From Vicinamibacterales bacterium (GTDB lineage: Bacteria; Acidobacteriota; Vicinamibacteria; Vicinamibacterales; JAMQPK01): a stretch of DNA of 64,000 nucleotides. Every line of letters starts with the position of its first letter. The first letter of the stretch is position 1. Positions 38,601 to 47,943 of the stretch are shown piece by piece. Position numbers and translations under genes: made by a program. The DNA lies in NCBI GenBank assembly GCA_963738315.1, contig CAVTVT010000003.1:1466595-1530594 (forward strand). Direction: 5' to 3'. Under the pieces are notes generated by a model. The model did no database searches. It was given only the letters and a program-made list of their open reading frames with translations, and was not told where the DNA came from.

Positions 38601-38665
38601 ACGACTCTGCCCGACGCGCAGAGGAAACGATCGGCAAGGACGGAAGAGCGCGTGCGTGCCGGCAA
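35618..38665 (-). CDS. large sigma-54-dependent transcriptional activator (unknown N-domain + TPR-like + GAF-like + AAA+ + Fis-type HTH)
   Basis: This is the C-terminal ~1015 codons of ORF 35618..39931(-). The AAA+ module carries [22 protein letters not shown] and [10 protein letters not shown], followed by the [23 protein letters not shown]. The part of the ORF upstream of 38665 is antisense to aroC and is rejected. The start is tentatively the in-frame TTG at 38665 (..[15 protein letters not shown]..). Confidence 0.8.
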   Translation of the reverse strand: MPARTRSSVLADRFLCASGRVVDLATGAPVVLRIGAAGVRMAQQSWSARCAAALGGRTGLIDFGLIGRGQRFEAFRALGAHPSRPCWRIAEQRLPVPQQLLEWLESEDEVWCRLWPMRVAGRPAREWTERIAREVRIRGFMPIGAEVLTKEPFRQDGAEGEGAADDCRQWGSALSGRSLVIIDAARAGSRKIGLALSRAASAWPRSISAVVALEGVAGLMPRREWVSHAAEPRGEYGPVTVPGRTPRAAISAPDSRAGSSFAEGMRLAERGRHAAAEREMRAASAGFDRRGEGLRASDADVALGRLLLARGRSAEALACFERARRRCERAGAAGPALTACTLTGLALTDVLMLDRADTTLRAAYTAARAAGDDRRTREAATALARNLYWQEREASGLGVLKEIEGGACPHYWVRVTKLCLRAGRLDQAAAASSKASDALSSCGEPAIEALVRSALVALQGRLGDVDALLLHARSGIRAARAAHLPLQAVRIRLSMLEGLLDAGERPQPLRRWLEALRRPQMPALLQRRAERLARRLAEPAAGRTRPAAREPAAEFRVETGGANAIAEMVGACHEAADERDALVKLLLAVRKYGGGTAAGLFAADEGLPLLAASGSVSCHLARRCVESWQPVVAGPAESAGAGVEAAVPVIHLGDAVGALVCRWTAERSALVSDGLGLCRIAAALCAPLVQVLAERRAAGDQTRAAGGPIEIVGTSTAIEQLRRQIARAASAPFAVLIEGESGSGKELVARAIHRGGCRRDRPFCAMNCAALPDELVDAELFGHVKGAFTGALADRLGLFESADKGTLFLDEVGELTPRAQAKLLRAIQENEIRRIGESFVRPVDARLVVATNRPLRLEVEAGRFRQDLLYRLDVIHIAVPPLRERVEDLPLLAVRFWRAAADRIGTRAVLGRAAIATLARYDWPGNVRELQNVLAALAVSAGPRGVVSAASLPAAIAKAAQPEAGETLDAARRRFEERFVRAALARTSGHRGRAAMALGLSRQGLTKLMRRLRLT

Positions 38666-38752
38666 TGCAAGTTCGCCGCCCCCGCCGACGCGGCGCAGAT
38701 GCGCGCCCGCGGCGCCGGAGGCCGCAGAAAGTTCGTATAGAATTGCCGGACA

Positions 38753-39964
38753 ATGCTGCGTTTTCTCACCGCCGGCGAGTCTCACGGCAAGGGGCTGGTG
38801 GTGATTCTCGAAGGCATGCCGGCCGGACTCCGCCTGGACCTCGAGGCGATCACCGAGCAGCTGCGGCGGCGCCAGGGCGGATACGGCCGCGGCCGGCGGA
38901 TGAGCATCGAAACGGACTCCGCCGAGGTGCTCTCGGGCGTGCGCGGCGCGGAGACGATCGGCTCTCCCATCGCGCTCCTGATTCGCAATCGCGATTGGGA
39001 CAACTGGAAGCAGACGATGCACGCCGAGCAGGCGCCGCCGCCGGATGCTTCGGGTCCCGCCCGCCCGATCGTCACGCGGCCCCGGCCGGGACATGCCGAT
39101 CTGGCCGGCCTCATCAAGTACGACCGCGCCGACATCCGCGACGTGCTCGAGCGCGCCAGCGCACGCGAGACCGCCGCGCGCGTGGCGGCCGGTGCGATCG
39201 CCCGGCAGCTGCTGGGCCGCTTCGGCGTCCAGATCGTCAGCCACGTGTTCGCCGTGAACGGCATCGGACTCGACGGCCCGCTGCAGGTGTCGTTCGAAGA
39301 GGCGCAGGCCATCGGCCCGGCCTCGGCCCTCCACTGCGCCGACGCGGCCGCGGAGCTGCGCATGATCGCCGAAATCGATCGCTGCCGCGAGGCCGGCGAC
39401 ACGGCAGGCGGGGCGTTCGAGGTGATCGTGCGGGGACTGCCGGTCGGGCTCGGCAGCTACGTGCAATGGGATCGCAAGCTCGACGGACGCCTCGCCCAGG
39501 CGATGATGTCGATTCCCGCCATCAAGGCGGTCGGCATCGGGATCGGACCGAAAGCGGCCTCCGTTCCCGGCTCCAGGATGCACGATGAGATCCTGCCGGC
39601 GCCGGATCGCACCGCCCCCCCCATCGGGCTCTCGCGTCCCACCAACAACGCCGGCGGCCTCGAGGGCGGAGTGACCAATGGCGAGGACCTGCGCGTCTCG
39701 GGGTACATGAAGCCGATTGCGACGCTCATGAAACCGCTGCGATCGGTCGACCTCGTCGACATGACCGAGTCGCCCGCCACGATCGAACGCAGCGATGTCT
39801 GCGCCATCAGCGCCGCTGCGGTCGTGGGCGAAGCGGTGGTCAGCCTTGCGCTCGCCGACGCGTTCCTGGAGAAGTTCAGCGGGGATTCGATCGGCGAGAT
39901 CGAGCGGAATCATGCCGCCTCCGCCGGGCACCTGCAGGAGCGCTTCCGCGCACGACGCTCGTGA
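38753..39964 (+). CDS. aroC: chorismate synthase
   Basis: ORF 38753..39964(+) contains MLRFLTAGESHGKGLVVILEGMPAG..RRQGGYGRGRRM..RPGHADL. Confidence 0.95.
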   Translation: MLRFLTAGESHGKGLVVILEGMPAGLRLDLEAITEQLRRRQGGYGRGRRMSIETDSAEVLSGVRGAETIGSPIALLIRNRDWDNWKQTMHAEQAPPPDASGPARPIVTRPRPGHADLAGLIKYDRADIRDVLERASARETAARVAAGAIARQLLGRFGVQIVSHVFAVNGIGLDGPLQVSFEEAQAIGPASALHCADAAAELRMIAEIDRCREAGDTAGGAFEVIVRGLPVGLGSYVQWDRKLDGRLAQAMMSIPAIKAVGIGIGPKAASVPGSRMHDEILPAPDRTAPPIGLSRPTNNAGGLEGGVTNGEDLRVSGYMKPIATLMKPLRSVDLVDMTESPATIERSDVCAISAAAVVGEAVVSLALADAFLEKFSGDSIGEIERNHAASAGHLQERFRARRS

Positions 39965-40470
39965 TCCGCCCCATCCTGAAGTTCGGCGACGAGACCCTCC
40001 ACGCGCCGGCCGCCGAGGTGAGCGAGATCGACGCGGGCGTCCGGAAGGCGATCGACGACATGATCGAGACGATGTACGCCGCGCCGGGAATCGGCCTGGC
40101 GGCGCCGCAGATCGGCATCCCGCTCCGCATCTTCGTCGTGGATCTCTCGCTCGGACACAATCCGGGCGAGCTGATGGTGTTCGTGAACCCCACGTTCGTC
40201 GAGCGCGAAGGGATCCAGCTCGAGGAAGAGGGCTGCCTCAGCGTTCCCGGCTTCAACGCCACGGTCGTGCGGCCGCTGCGGGCGGTGGTGAAGGGCCTCG
40301 ATCGCGGCGGCGTGGAGCGGACGGTCGAGGGCACCGAGCTGCTGGCGCGCGCGTTCCAGCACGAGATGGATCATCTCGACGGCATGCTGTTCCTCGACCG
40401 GGTGCGCGGCATCAAGCGCGACATGATCGTGAAGAAGATCCGGAAGCTCGCGCGCGCCGGCAAATGGTAG
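39961..40470 (+). CDS. def: peptide deformylase
   Basis: ORF 39961..40470(+) has the GIGLAAPQIG, EGCLSVPG and HEMDHLDG motifs. Confidence 0.95.
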   Translation: MIRPILKFGDETLHAPAAEVSEIDAGVRKAIDDMIETMYAAPGIGLAAPQIGIPLRIFVVDLSLGHNPGELMVFVNPTFVEREGIQLEEEGCLSVPGFNATVVRPLRAVVKGLDRGGVERTVEGTELLARAFQHEMDHLDGMLFLDRVRGIKRDMIVKKIRKLARAGKW

Positions 40471-41447
40471 CGGCCCCCGGATCGCTGCGCATCGTCTTCT
40501 TCGGCACCCCGGACTTCGCCGTCCCCGCGCTGCGGGCGCTGCTCGCATCCCGCCATACCGTGATCGGCGTGGTGACGCAGCCCGACAAGCCCCAGGGACG
40601 CGGGCACCGGCCGCAGCCGCCGCCGGTGAAGGCGCTCGCCGTGGCGCACGGAATCCCGGTGCAGCAGCCGGAGCGCCTGCGCGAGGAGCCGTTTCTGGCC
40701 TGGCTGCGCGCGCTGGGGGCGGAGCTCGGCGTGGTGGCAGCGTACGGAAAGATTCTCACCGAGGCCGTGCTCGACGCCCCACCGCGGGGCCTCGTCAACG
40801 TGCACGCGTCGCTGCTCCCCCGGTACCGCGGCGCCGCGCCCATTCATCGCGCGATCCTGGCTGGAGAGACGGAAACGGGCGTCACGATCATGCGGATCGT
40901 GAAAGCGCTCGACGCCGGGCCCATGTTGCGGCAGGTGGCGCACTCCATCGGCGAAAACGAGACGAGCGTCGAGGTGGAGCGAGCGCTGGCGGCTCTCGGC
41001 GCCGCCGCGCTGGTCGAGACCGTCGATCGACTGTCGCGCGGTGACGTTGTCGAGGCCCCTCAGGACGAGGCGGCCGCGACCTACGCCTCGAAGCTGCAGA
41101 AATCCGACGGGCTCCTCGACTGGACGGCTCCCGCCGCGGCCATCCACAACCGCATCCGCGGGCTGCACCCGTGGCCGCACGCCTATTCGGACCTCCGCGG
41201 CCAGCGCTGTCTGCTGCTGGAGTCGCGGCTCGAAGCGCCGCGGTCCGAGACCGGCGGCGACGCGCGGCCCGGCGCGATTGTCGAGGCCCAGGGCGACACG
41301 CTGCGGGTCCGGACCGGGGTGGGGACGATACGGCTTCTACGGCTGCAGCTCGAAGGCAGGCGCGCGATGACCGCGCGCGAGTTTCTGGCCGGCCGGCCGC
41401 TCGCGCCGGGAGTCGACCGGTTCGGGCCCTCCCCCGCCGGCCGATGA
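40464..41447 (+). CDS. fmt: methionyl-tRNA formyltransferase
   Basis: Within ORF 39795..41447(+), starting at MVAAPGSLRIVFFGTPDFAVP. Contains HASLLPRYRGAAPIHRAI. The start overlaps the def stop. Confidence 0.93.
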   Translation: MVAAPGSLRIVFFGTPDFAVPALRALLASRHTVIGVVTQPDKPQGRGHRPQPPPVKALAVAHGIPVQQPERLREEPFLAWLRALGAELGVVAAYGKILTEAVLDAPPRGLVNVHASLLPRYRGAAPIHRAILAGETETGVTIMRIVKALDAGPMLRQVAHSIGENETSVEVERALAALGAAALVETVDRLSRGDVVEAPQDEAAATYASKLQKSDGLLDWTAPAAAIHNRIRGLHPWPHAYSDLRGQRCLLLESRLEAPRSETGGDARPGAIVEAQGDTLRVRTGVGTIRLLRLQLEGRRAMTAREFLAGRPLAPGVDRFGPSPAGR

Positions 41448-42803
41448 TCGCGCCGGCTCGAGCGGCAGCCGTCGAGGCGCTCGCCGCCATCGCCTCGGGA
41501 CAACGCGATCTTCCGGCGGCGCTCGCCGCCGTTCGGCCCGCGCTCCACGACGAACGGGACCGGGCGCTTGCCACCGATCTCGTCACCGGCACGCTTCGCT
41601 GGCAGAACGCAGCTCGACTTCCTCTTGGAGCACTACACGCGCCGGGCGCTCGGCCGAATCGACGAAGCGGTGCTGCAGATTCTCAGAGTCGGCGTGTACC
41701 AGCTGTTGCATCTGGATCGCGTGCCCGCGGCCGCGGCGGTCAACGACGCCGTGGCGCTGACCCGGCGCGTCCATAAATCGAGCGCCGCGGGGTTCGTCAA
41801 CGCGGTTCTGCGCCAGATCGCACGCAACCGCCATCGGCTGCCGCTTCCTCCTCCCGGCCAGCCGGTTCAATATCTCGCCCATACCCTCTCGCATCCGCAA
41901 TGGCTCGCGGCTCGATGGCTCGCCCGCTACGGCTTCGAGGACGCCGCGTCGTGGGAGCGCTTCAACAACACGGCCGCTCCGCTGACGCTGCGGGCGAACC
42001 GGCTGAAGATCGATCCTCCAGCCCTGGCCCTCGCGCTTGCCGGCCACGGTGTGGCGACGGAGCCATGCCGGTTCGCGGCCGACGGACTGCTGGTGGTCTC
42101 CGGCAACCCGCTGCGGACGCCCCTGGAGGGACAGGGCCTGTTCTTCGTCCAGGACGAAGCGTCCCAGCTGGTGGCGCTGCTGGGCTCGCCGCGTGCCGGC
42201 GAGCTCGTCCTCGATGCCTGTGCCTCTCCCGGCGGCAAAACGACGGCGATGGCGGCGATGACCGGGGATCGCGCGCGGATCGTCGCGGCCGACGTCCGCC
42301 CCGCCCGTATGCGGCTGCTCTCGCAGACGATCGCGGCGAGCGGCGCGCGCGGCGTCCGCCTGGTCCAGGCGGACCTCGCGCGCGGGCTGCCCTTCGGCGC
42401 CGACTTCGACTTCGTGCTGGTCGATGCCCCCTGTTCGGGACTCGGCACGATCCGCCGCGATCCGGACATCAAATGGCGCCGCACGGAGGCAGATGTGCCG
42501 CGGCTGGCCGACGCGCAGGTGGCCATGCTCGCGAATGCGGCAGCGGCCGTGCGTCCGGGCGGCAGGCTGTTGTACGCGACCTGCTCGAGCGAGCCCGAGG
42601 AGAACGAAGAGGTGGTAGACCGGTTTCTCGATGGCGCGCCGTCGTTCGCGCTCGCGGACCTCCGGAGCGCGGCCGCCCCGGCGTTGCACCCGGCGGGCGC
42701 CGCGCTCTTCGATGCTCGCGGCATGTTCCGCACCTCGCCCGCGGCGCACCGGCTGGAAGCGTTCTTCGGGGCGCTGCTGCAGCGGAGCGCGCCGAAACGA
42801 TAG
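41444..42803 (+). pseudogene. rsmB: 16S rRNA (cytosine967-C5)-methyltransferase RsmB, one frameshift as sequenced
   Basis: The N-terminal NusB-like part MIAPARAAAVEAL..GTLRWQ is in ORF 41171..41776. The rest (LDFLLEHY.., DACASPGGKT, DAPCSGLG, YATCS) is in 41568..42803. The junction lies near 41605-41615. Confidence 0.88.
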
Positions 42804-42820
42804 GGTACAATACGCTGTTC

Positions 42821-43543
42821 ATGCGATTCAGGACGGGCGTCCAGAGCACCGGGCGTTTCATCATCGTGGGCGCGCTGCTGGTCGCCACGTATCTGCTGTT
42901 CGCCGTGACCTCGATGCGAGTCGCCTTGAAGCTTCGCGAAGTCCAGGTCCCCGATCTGCGCAACCGCACCGTGTCGGAAGCGACCGCATCGCTGGCCGAT
43001 GACGGGCTCGTGCTCGCGGTGGACGACCGGCCGCGCCTGGATCAGAAGATTCCAGCCGGCCGGATCTCCGCCCAGGAACCGGCCCCGGGAGCGACGACCC
43101 GGCGCGAGCGGAGCATCCATGTCTGGTTGAGCCAGGGCGCGCGCATCACCACCATTCCTCCGCTCGCCGGCGAGACCGATAGAAGCGCCGAGATGAAGCT
43201 CGGTGAAGACGGGCTCGCCGTCGCGTCGGTGTCGGAAGTGCGATCGGCCGACTACCCGACGGGCATCGTCATCGCACAGGATCCGCCGCAAGGGGCGCAC
43301 GGTACAGCCGTGGCGCTGCTCGTCAATCGCGGGCAGCAGGCGAACGGGTACGTGATGCCCGATTTGATCGGCGTGTCCGGCGGCCGGGCGCTGGATCTGC
43401 TGCGCGCGCGCGGATTCCGGGTGTCGGTGGTCGGCGAGATCGAATACCCCGGCGTGCCCTCGGGCGTGATCCTGCGGCAATCGCCCTCGGGGGGCTTCCA
43501 GATTCAGCCCGGGGAGCCGATTTCGCTCGAGGTGAGCCGTTGA
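42821..43543 (+). CDS. membrane-anchored PASTA-domain protein (three PASTA repeats, no kinase or transpeptidase domain)
   Basis: Within ORF 41900..43543(+), starting at MRFRTGVQSTGRFIIVGALLVATYLLFAV (TM segment). It has three ~65-aa repeats beginning VPDLRNRTVSEA, IPPLAGETDRSA and MPDLIGVSGGRA. Confidence 0.8.
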   Translation: MRFRTGVQSTGRFIIVGALLVATYLLFAVTSMRVALKLREVQVPDLRNRTVSEATASLADDGLVLAVDDRPRLDQKIPAGRISAQEPAPGATTRRERSIHVWLSQGARITTIPPLAGETDRSAEMKLGEDGLAVASVSEVRSADYPTGIVIAQDPPQGAHGTAVALLVNRGQQANGYVMPDLIGVSGGRALDLLRARGFRVSVVGEIEYPGVPSGVILRQSPSGGFQIQPGEPISLEVSR

Positions 43544-44220
43544 TGGCCCGCGAGCGCGCTCCCCGCATCCAGATCGCGGCCTCGGTGCTCTCGGCCGATT
43601 TCACGGCGCTCGCGGACGCCGTCCAGGCCGCCGAGCGGGGCGGCGCGGACCTCATTCACGTGGACGTGATGGACGGGCATTTCGTCCCCAACATCACCCT
43701 CGGTCCTCCGGTCGTCAGAGCGATCAAGCGGGTCGCCTCGGTTCCACTCGACGTACACCTCATGATTACCGACCCCGACAGGTACGCGGAAGCCTTCGTC
43801 GAAGCCGGCGCGTCGATGCTCTCGGTGCACGTCGAGGTGCTTCCGCATCTGCACCGCACGATCTCGATGATCAAGAGTCTCGGCGTGAAGGCGGGCGTCG
43901 CGCTCAATCCGTCGATGCCGGTGATCGCGATCGAAGAGATTGCCGCAGACGTCGACTTCGTCCTGGTGATGTCGGTCGACCCGGGCTTCGGCGGCCAGTC
44001 GTTCATTCCCCGGAGCGTCCACAAGGTGGCGGCCGTTCGCGACCTTTTGGATCGCGCCGGCAACCCGGCGCCCATCGAGATCGACGGCGGCATCGACCGA
44101 GGGAACATCGCCGCGGTCGTCGAGGCAGGAGCCGAGATCATGGTGGCCGGCACGGCCATCTTCGGCATGGAGGACCCCGCCGAGGCCACCCGGGTCCTGA
44201 GGCGCGCCGCGACCGCGTGA
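43543..44220 (+). CDS. rpe: ribulose-phosphate 3-epimerase
   Basis: ORF 43540..44220(+) contains HVDVMDGHFVPNITLGP and VMSVDPGFGGQ. ATG is at 43543, with TTG at 43540 as an alternative start. Confidence 0.94.
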   Translation: MARERAPRIQIAASVLSADFTALADAVQAAERGGADLIHVDVMDGHFVPNITLGPPVVRAIKRVASVPLDVHLMITDPDRYAEAFVEAGASMLSVHVEVLPHLHRTISMIKSLGVKAGVALNPSMPVIAIEEIAADVDFVLVMSVDPGFGGQSFIPRSVHKVAAVRDLLDRAGNPAPIEIDGGIDRGNIAAVVEAGAEIMVAGTAIFGMEDPAEATRVLRRAATA

Positions 44221-44615
44221 ACGCTCCTCATCTCATCCGAGTCAGAGTCCGATACGCCGAAACCGACCAGATGGGCGTCGTCTATCACGCGAACTACTTC
44301 GTCTGGTTCGAAATCGGCCGGTGCGAGCTGCTGCGCGGCATCGGATCGAGCTACCGCGAGCTCGAGGGCACCGGCATCAGGCTCCCGGTCATCGAAGCGC
44401 ACTGTGAGTACCGCGCGCCAGCCCGCTACGATGACGAGCTCGAGATCGCCACCACCGGGGCACTGCTGTCCCCGGCGCGCGTGGAGTTCCGGTACGAAGT
44501 ACGGCAGGTGGAGGGCGCAACGCTCAGCGCCGCCGGCCGGACCGTCCACGCGGCAATCGACCGGTCAGGGCGGCCGTGCCGCCTGCCCGAAGTCGTCCAG
44601 GAGCTGCTTCGATGA
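44217..44615 (+). CDS. acyl-CoA thioesterase, 4HBT/YbgC family
   Basis: ORF 44217..44615(+) has the hotdog-fold signature VRYAETDQMGVVYHANYFVWFE. Confidence 0.85.
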   Translation: MNAPHLIRVRVRYAETDQMGVVYHANYFVWFEIGRCELLRGIGSSYRELEGTGIRLPVIEAHCEYRAPARYDDELEIATTGALLSPARVEFRYEVRQVEGATLSAAGRTVHAAIDRSGRPCRLPEVVQELLR

Positions 44616-45548
44616 AGGCTGTCGTCACCGGATGCGCCGGGTTCATCGGATCCACCTTGTCGGAGGCCCTGCTGGATCGGGGCGCCGAGGTCGTCGGCAT
44701 CGACGCCTTCGTCGACTACTATCCGCGCGCGCTCAAGGAGGCCAATCTCGCCGGCCTGATCAGCCGGCCCGGGGTTTCGCTTCATCGAAGCAGCCTTGGA
44801 GGACACCGACCTGGGCGTCCTCCTCACCGGCGCCACTCACGTGTTCCACCTGGCGGCCCAGGCCGGCGTGCGGAAGAGCTGGGGCCGCGACTTCGACGTC
44901 TATACGAGAAACAACGTGGAAGCCACTCAGCGGCTGCTCGAGGCGCTCGTCGGCACCTCTGTCGAACGGCTCGTCTATGCCTCGAGCTCGTCGGTCTACG
45001 GGGACGCCGTGCCGCTGCCCATGCGTGAGGACGCTCACCTGCAGCCTTTGTCGCCCTACGGCGTCTCCAAGCTCGCGGCCGAGCACCTGGCCCATCTCTA
45101 CTGGGCGAACTACGGGGTGCCTGCCGTCTCGCTGCGCTACTTCACCGTGTACGGACCCCGTCAGCGGCCCGACATGGGCTTCCACCGGTTCCTGCGCGCG
45201 GTGGACGAGGGACGTCCGATCACGGTCTATGGCGACGGGGAGCAGACCCGCGACTTCACGTACGTGGCCGACGCCGTCGAGGCCACGATCGCCGCCGGGC
45301 TCAAAGGCGCGCCCGGCGGCATATACAATATTGGGGGCGGCTCCCGGGTCACGTTGAAACGCGTGTTCGACCTCATCGCCCGCGTCACCGGCCGTCCCGT
45401 CACGCTCCGCCGGGAAGGCGAGCAGAAAGGGGACATGCGCCACACCTACGCGGACACGTCACGCGCCCGCCGCGATCTCGGATTCGCTCCGCTCGTGGGG
45501 CTCGAAGAGGGCCTCGCCGCCGAATATCGCTGGCTGCAGAATTCATGA
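44612..45548 (+). pseudogene. NAD-dependent sugar epimerase/dehydratase (SDR), one frameshift as sequenced
   Basis: MKAVVTGCAGFIGS (ORF 44576..45028) continues in ORF 44796..45548 with HLAAQAG.., SSSSVYG and PYGVSKLAAE (YxxxK). The junction is at the C3G4T3 run around 44768-44776. Confidence 0.85.
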
Positions 45549-46354
45549 CCAGGGTTTTCCATCTCAAGCTCGCCGCACTCGCCTGTCTGCTGTCGCTCGG
45601 CCTCGCGGCATGCGCCTCGAGCGGCCTCCCCGGCGCCACCGATACGTCGGCGAACGCCGACAAACTGCTGCTGGATCGCGGCAATCAGGCGCTGAAAGAC
45701 CAGCGGTGGATTACGGCGCGCCAGTACTTCACGAAGCTGCTCGACAGCTATCCGCAGAGCTCGTATCGCGCCGACGCGAAGCTCGGGGTCGGCGACTCCT
45801 ACATGGGCGAGGGCAGCTCGGCGTCCTACGTCTTCGCCCTGAACGAATTTCGCGAGTTCCTCGCCTTCTACCCCACCAGCCCGCGCGCCGACTACGCCCA
45901 GTACCAGCTCGGCATGGTGCATCTGAAGCAGATGCTCGCGCCCGAGCGCGATCAGACGGAGACCAAGGAGGCCATCAAGGAATTCCAGACCTTCGTGGAT
46001 CGCTACCCGAACAGCCCCATGCTGCCCGAGGCCCGCGCGCGCCTCCGGGAGGTCAAGGACCGCCTCGGGGACGCCGAACTGCACGTGGCCGTGTTCTACG
46101 ACCGCATCCGCTGGTATTCCGGCGTCGAACCCCGCCTGAAGGATCTCATTCAGAACGACCCCGGCTATACCCGCAAAGACGCCGCCTACTTCTATCTGGC
46201 GGACGCGCTCGAAAAGTCCGATAAGAAGGCGGAAGCCCTGCCCTATTACCAGAGGCTCGTCGACGAGTTCGAACAGAGCGAGTTTCTGGAACGGGCCAAG
46301 CAGCGGATTGCCGAGCTGCAGAAAGACGCTCCAGTCGCCGCCGCTGACCAGTAG
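45545..46354 (+). CDS. bamD: outer membrane protein assembly factor BamD-like lipoprotein
   Basis: ORF 45545..46354(+) has the lipobox LSLGLAAC and TPR-like repeats with the YfiO-type pattern (YPQSSYRADAKLGVGDSY, YPTSPRADYAQYQLGM, YPNSPMLPEARARL). Confidence 0.8.
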   Translation: MTRVFHLKLAALACLLSLGLAACASSGLPGATDTSANADKLLLDRGNQALKDQRWITARQYFTKLLDSYPQSSYRADAKLGVGDSYMGEGSSASYVFALNEFREFLAFYPTSPRADYAQYQLGMVHLKQMLAPERDQTETKEAIKEFQTFVDRYPNSPMLPEARARLREVKDRLGDAELHVAVFYDRIRWYSGVEPRLKDLIQNDPGYTRKDAAYFYLADALEKSDKKAEALPYYQRLVDEFEQSEFLERAKQRIAELQKDAPVAAADQ

Positions 46355-46387
46355 GCCGGGCTCCACCAAACCAAAAAGAGGACGACG

Positions 46388-47262
46388 ATGCGACGTACGC
46401 GCACCAGATGGCTGGTACTCTGTCTCGTGCTGGCGCTGCCCGGAGCCCTTTCCGGCGAGCGCGCCCAGGAAGCGGCCGGGCCCGCGGCGCCCGCCGAACC
46501 GGCGCAGGCCGCCGACGCTCCGCCCGCCGAACCGGCTCGGGTCGCGCCGCCGGACTGGATGTTCAACGATCTGGCCTGCGCTCCGAGCCTGACGACCGAG
46601 CCTTCTCCGTCGCTGCGGGTGATCGGCTCGCAGGACACCGTCATCAAGCACATGATGAGCCCGGGAGACACGCTCGTCATCAACGGGGGCTCGAGCGCGG
46701 GACTGCAGCCGGGCCAGCGCTACTTCGTGCGCCGGACAATCAGCGCGTTCGGGGCCAGGCCGGCGGGCCCGTTCCACCCGCGCAGCGTCCATACCGCCGG
46801 CTGGATTCAGATTCTCGGGGTGGACGCCTCCATTGCGACGGCGAGCATTCTGCACGCGTGCGACGGCATCATGCTCGACGACTATCTCCAGCCGTTCGAG
46901 CCGCCCACGATCGCCTCGGCCCCGGTGCCCGGCGACACGCCCCGTTACGCCAACATGGGCCACATCACGGTCGCCGACGAGGCCGTCCAGAACGTGGCGA
47001 TGGGTCAGCTCATCGGCATCGATCGCGGGTCGAGCCGCGGGGTGGTGGTCGGTCAGCGGTATCTCGTCTACCGCGACAAGCGCGGCCTCATGAACGAGAG
47101 CCCCGAGTACTCCCCGCGTACGCGGAGGGGGCGACCCATCTCCCGCTGGTCGAGGTGGGCGAGGTCATTGTCGTGGCGGTGCGGCCGGAGGACGCGACGG
47201 TGCGGGTGCTGCTGGCCAAGGACGCGATCGTCACCGGCGATCTCATCGCCGAGATCCGGTGA
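46388..47262 (+). pseudogene. secreted hypothetical protein, one frameshift as sequenced
   Basis: The signal peptide MRRTRTRWLVLCLVLALPGALSG is in ORF 46388..47947. After ..LMNESPEYS the coding-looking continuation PAYAEGATHLPLVEVGEVIVVAVRPEDATVRVLLAKDAIVTGDLIAEIR-stop is in ORF 46408..47262. The junction is at the C4 run around 47112. Confidence 0.5.
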
Positions 47263-47281
47263 GCGCGCGCGGCGGCCGGTG

Positions 47282-47935
47282 TCAGCTCGCCTTTGGCTGC
47301 TCTACGCGCGGTTCGACTTCGCGCAGCGATCGGGCGCGGGCGGGCAGCTGGCTGAAGCGCCGGTAGTAGTCCCAGGCCGAGACGAGCGCCGTCGCGAGGA
47401 CGGCCCACAGCGCAAGCCAGCCGACCACCGCGAGCGCGTGGAACCGCGCCTCCTGTCCGAGAATCAGCGCCAGAATCGCGACCACCTGCGCAATCATCTT
47501 CACCTTGCCGAGCCAGGACGCCGGAATGACGACCTGGCCGGCATAAGCGAAGCTGCGCAGCCCGGTGACCGCGAATTCGCGTCCGATGATGATGGCCACC
47601 ATCCAGGCGGGCGCGAGCCCCATCTGCACCAGCGAAATGAATGCGGCCGATGTCAACAGCTTGTCGGCGATGGGATCGATCATCTGCCCGAGCACGGTGA
47701 CCTGCTGGCGGCGCCGGGCCAGATAGCCGTCGAGCCAGTCGGTGAGCGAGGCCAGCGCGAAGATTGCCGCGCCGATGAGCTCCTTGGGGAAGCCGAAGAT
47801 CACGCGCCCTTCGAACTTCGTCAGCAGCACCACGACGAGCAGCGGCACGAGAAAAATGCGCGTCGCCGTCAGGGCGTTGGGCAGATTCAGTTGCTGACGC
47901 ACGGGCTCGAGGCCATTGTAATGCAGTATCATCAC
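47282..47935 (-). CDS. pgsA: CDP-diacylglycerol--glycerol-3-phosphate 3-phosphatidyltransferase
   Basis: ORF 47282..47935(-) has the CDP-alcohol phosphatidyltransferase motif DWLDGYLARRRQQVTVLGQMIDPIADK. The start may instead be GTG at 47902 (just before LNLPNALT). Confidence 0.88.
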   Translation of the reverse strand: MMILHYNGLEPVRQQLNLPNALTATRIFLVPLLVVVLLTKFEGRVIFGFPKELIGAAIFALASLTDWLDGYLARRRQQVTVLGQMIDPIADKLLTSAAFISLVQMGLAPAWMVAIIIGREFAVTGLRSFAYAGQVVIPASWLGKVKMIAQVVAILALILGQEARFHALAVVGWLALWAVLATALVSAWDYYRRFSQLPARARSLREVEPRVEQPKAS

Positions 47936-47943
47936 CGGCTGAT

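Noticed and set aside
38666-39931. N-terminal 420 codons of the 1437-aa ORF 35618..39931(-)
   Set aside because: It is exactly antisense to the well-supported chorismate synthase gene (38753..39964) and its composition is Arg/Gly/Ala-rich nonsense. Long antisense ORFs are expected in GC-rich DNA.
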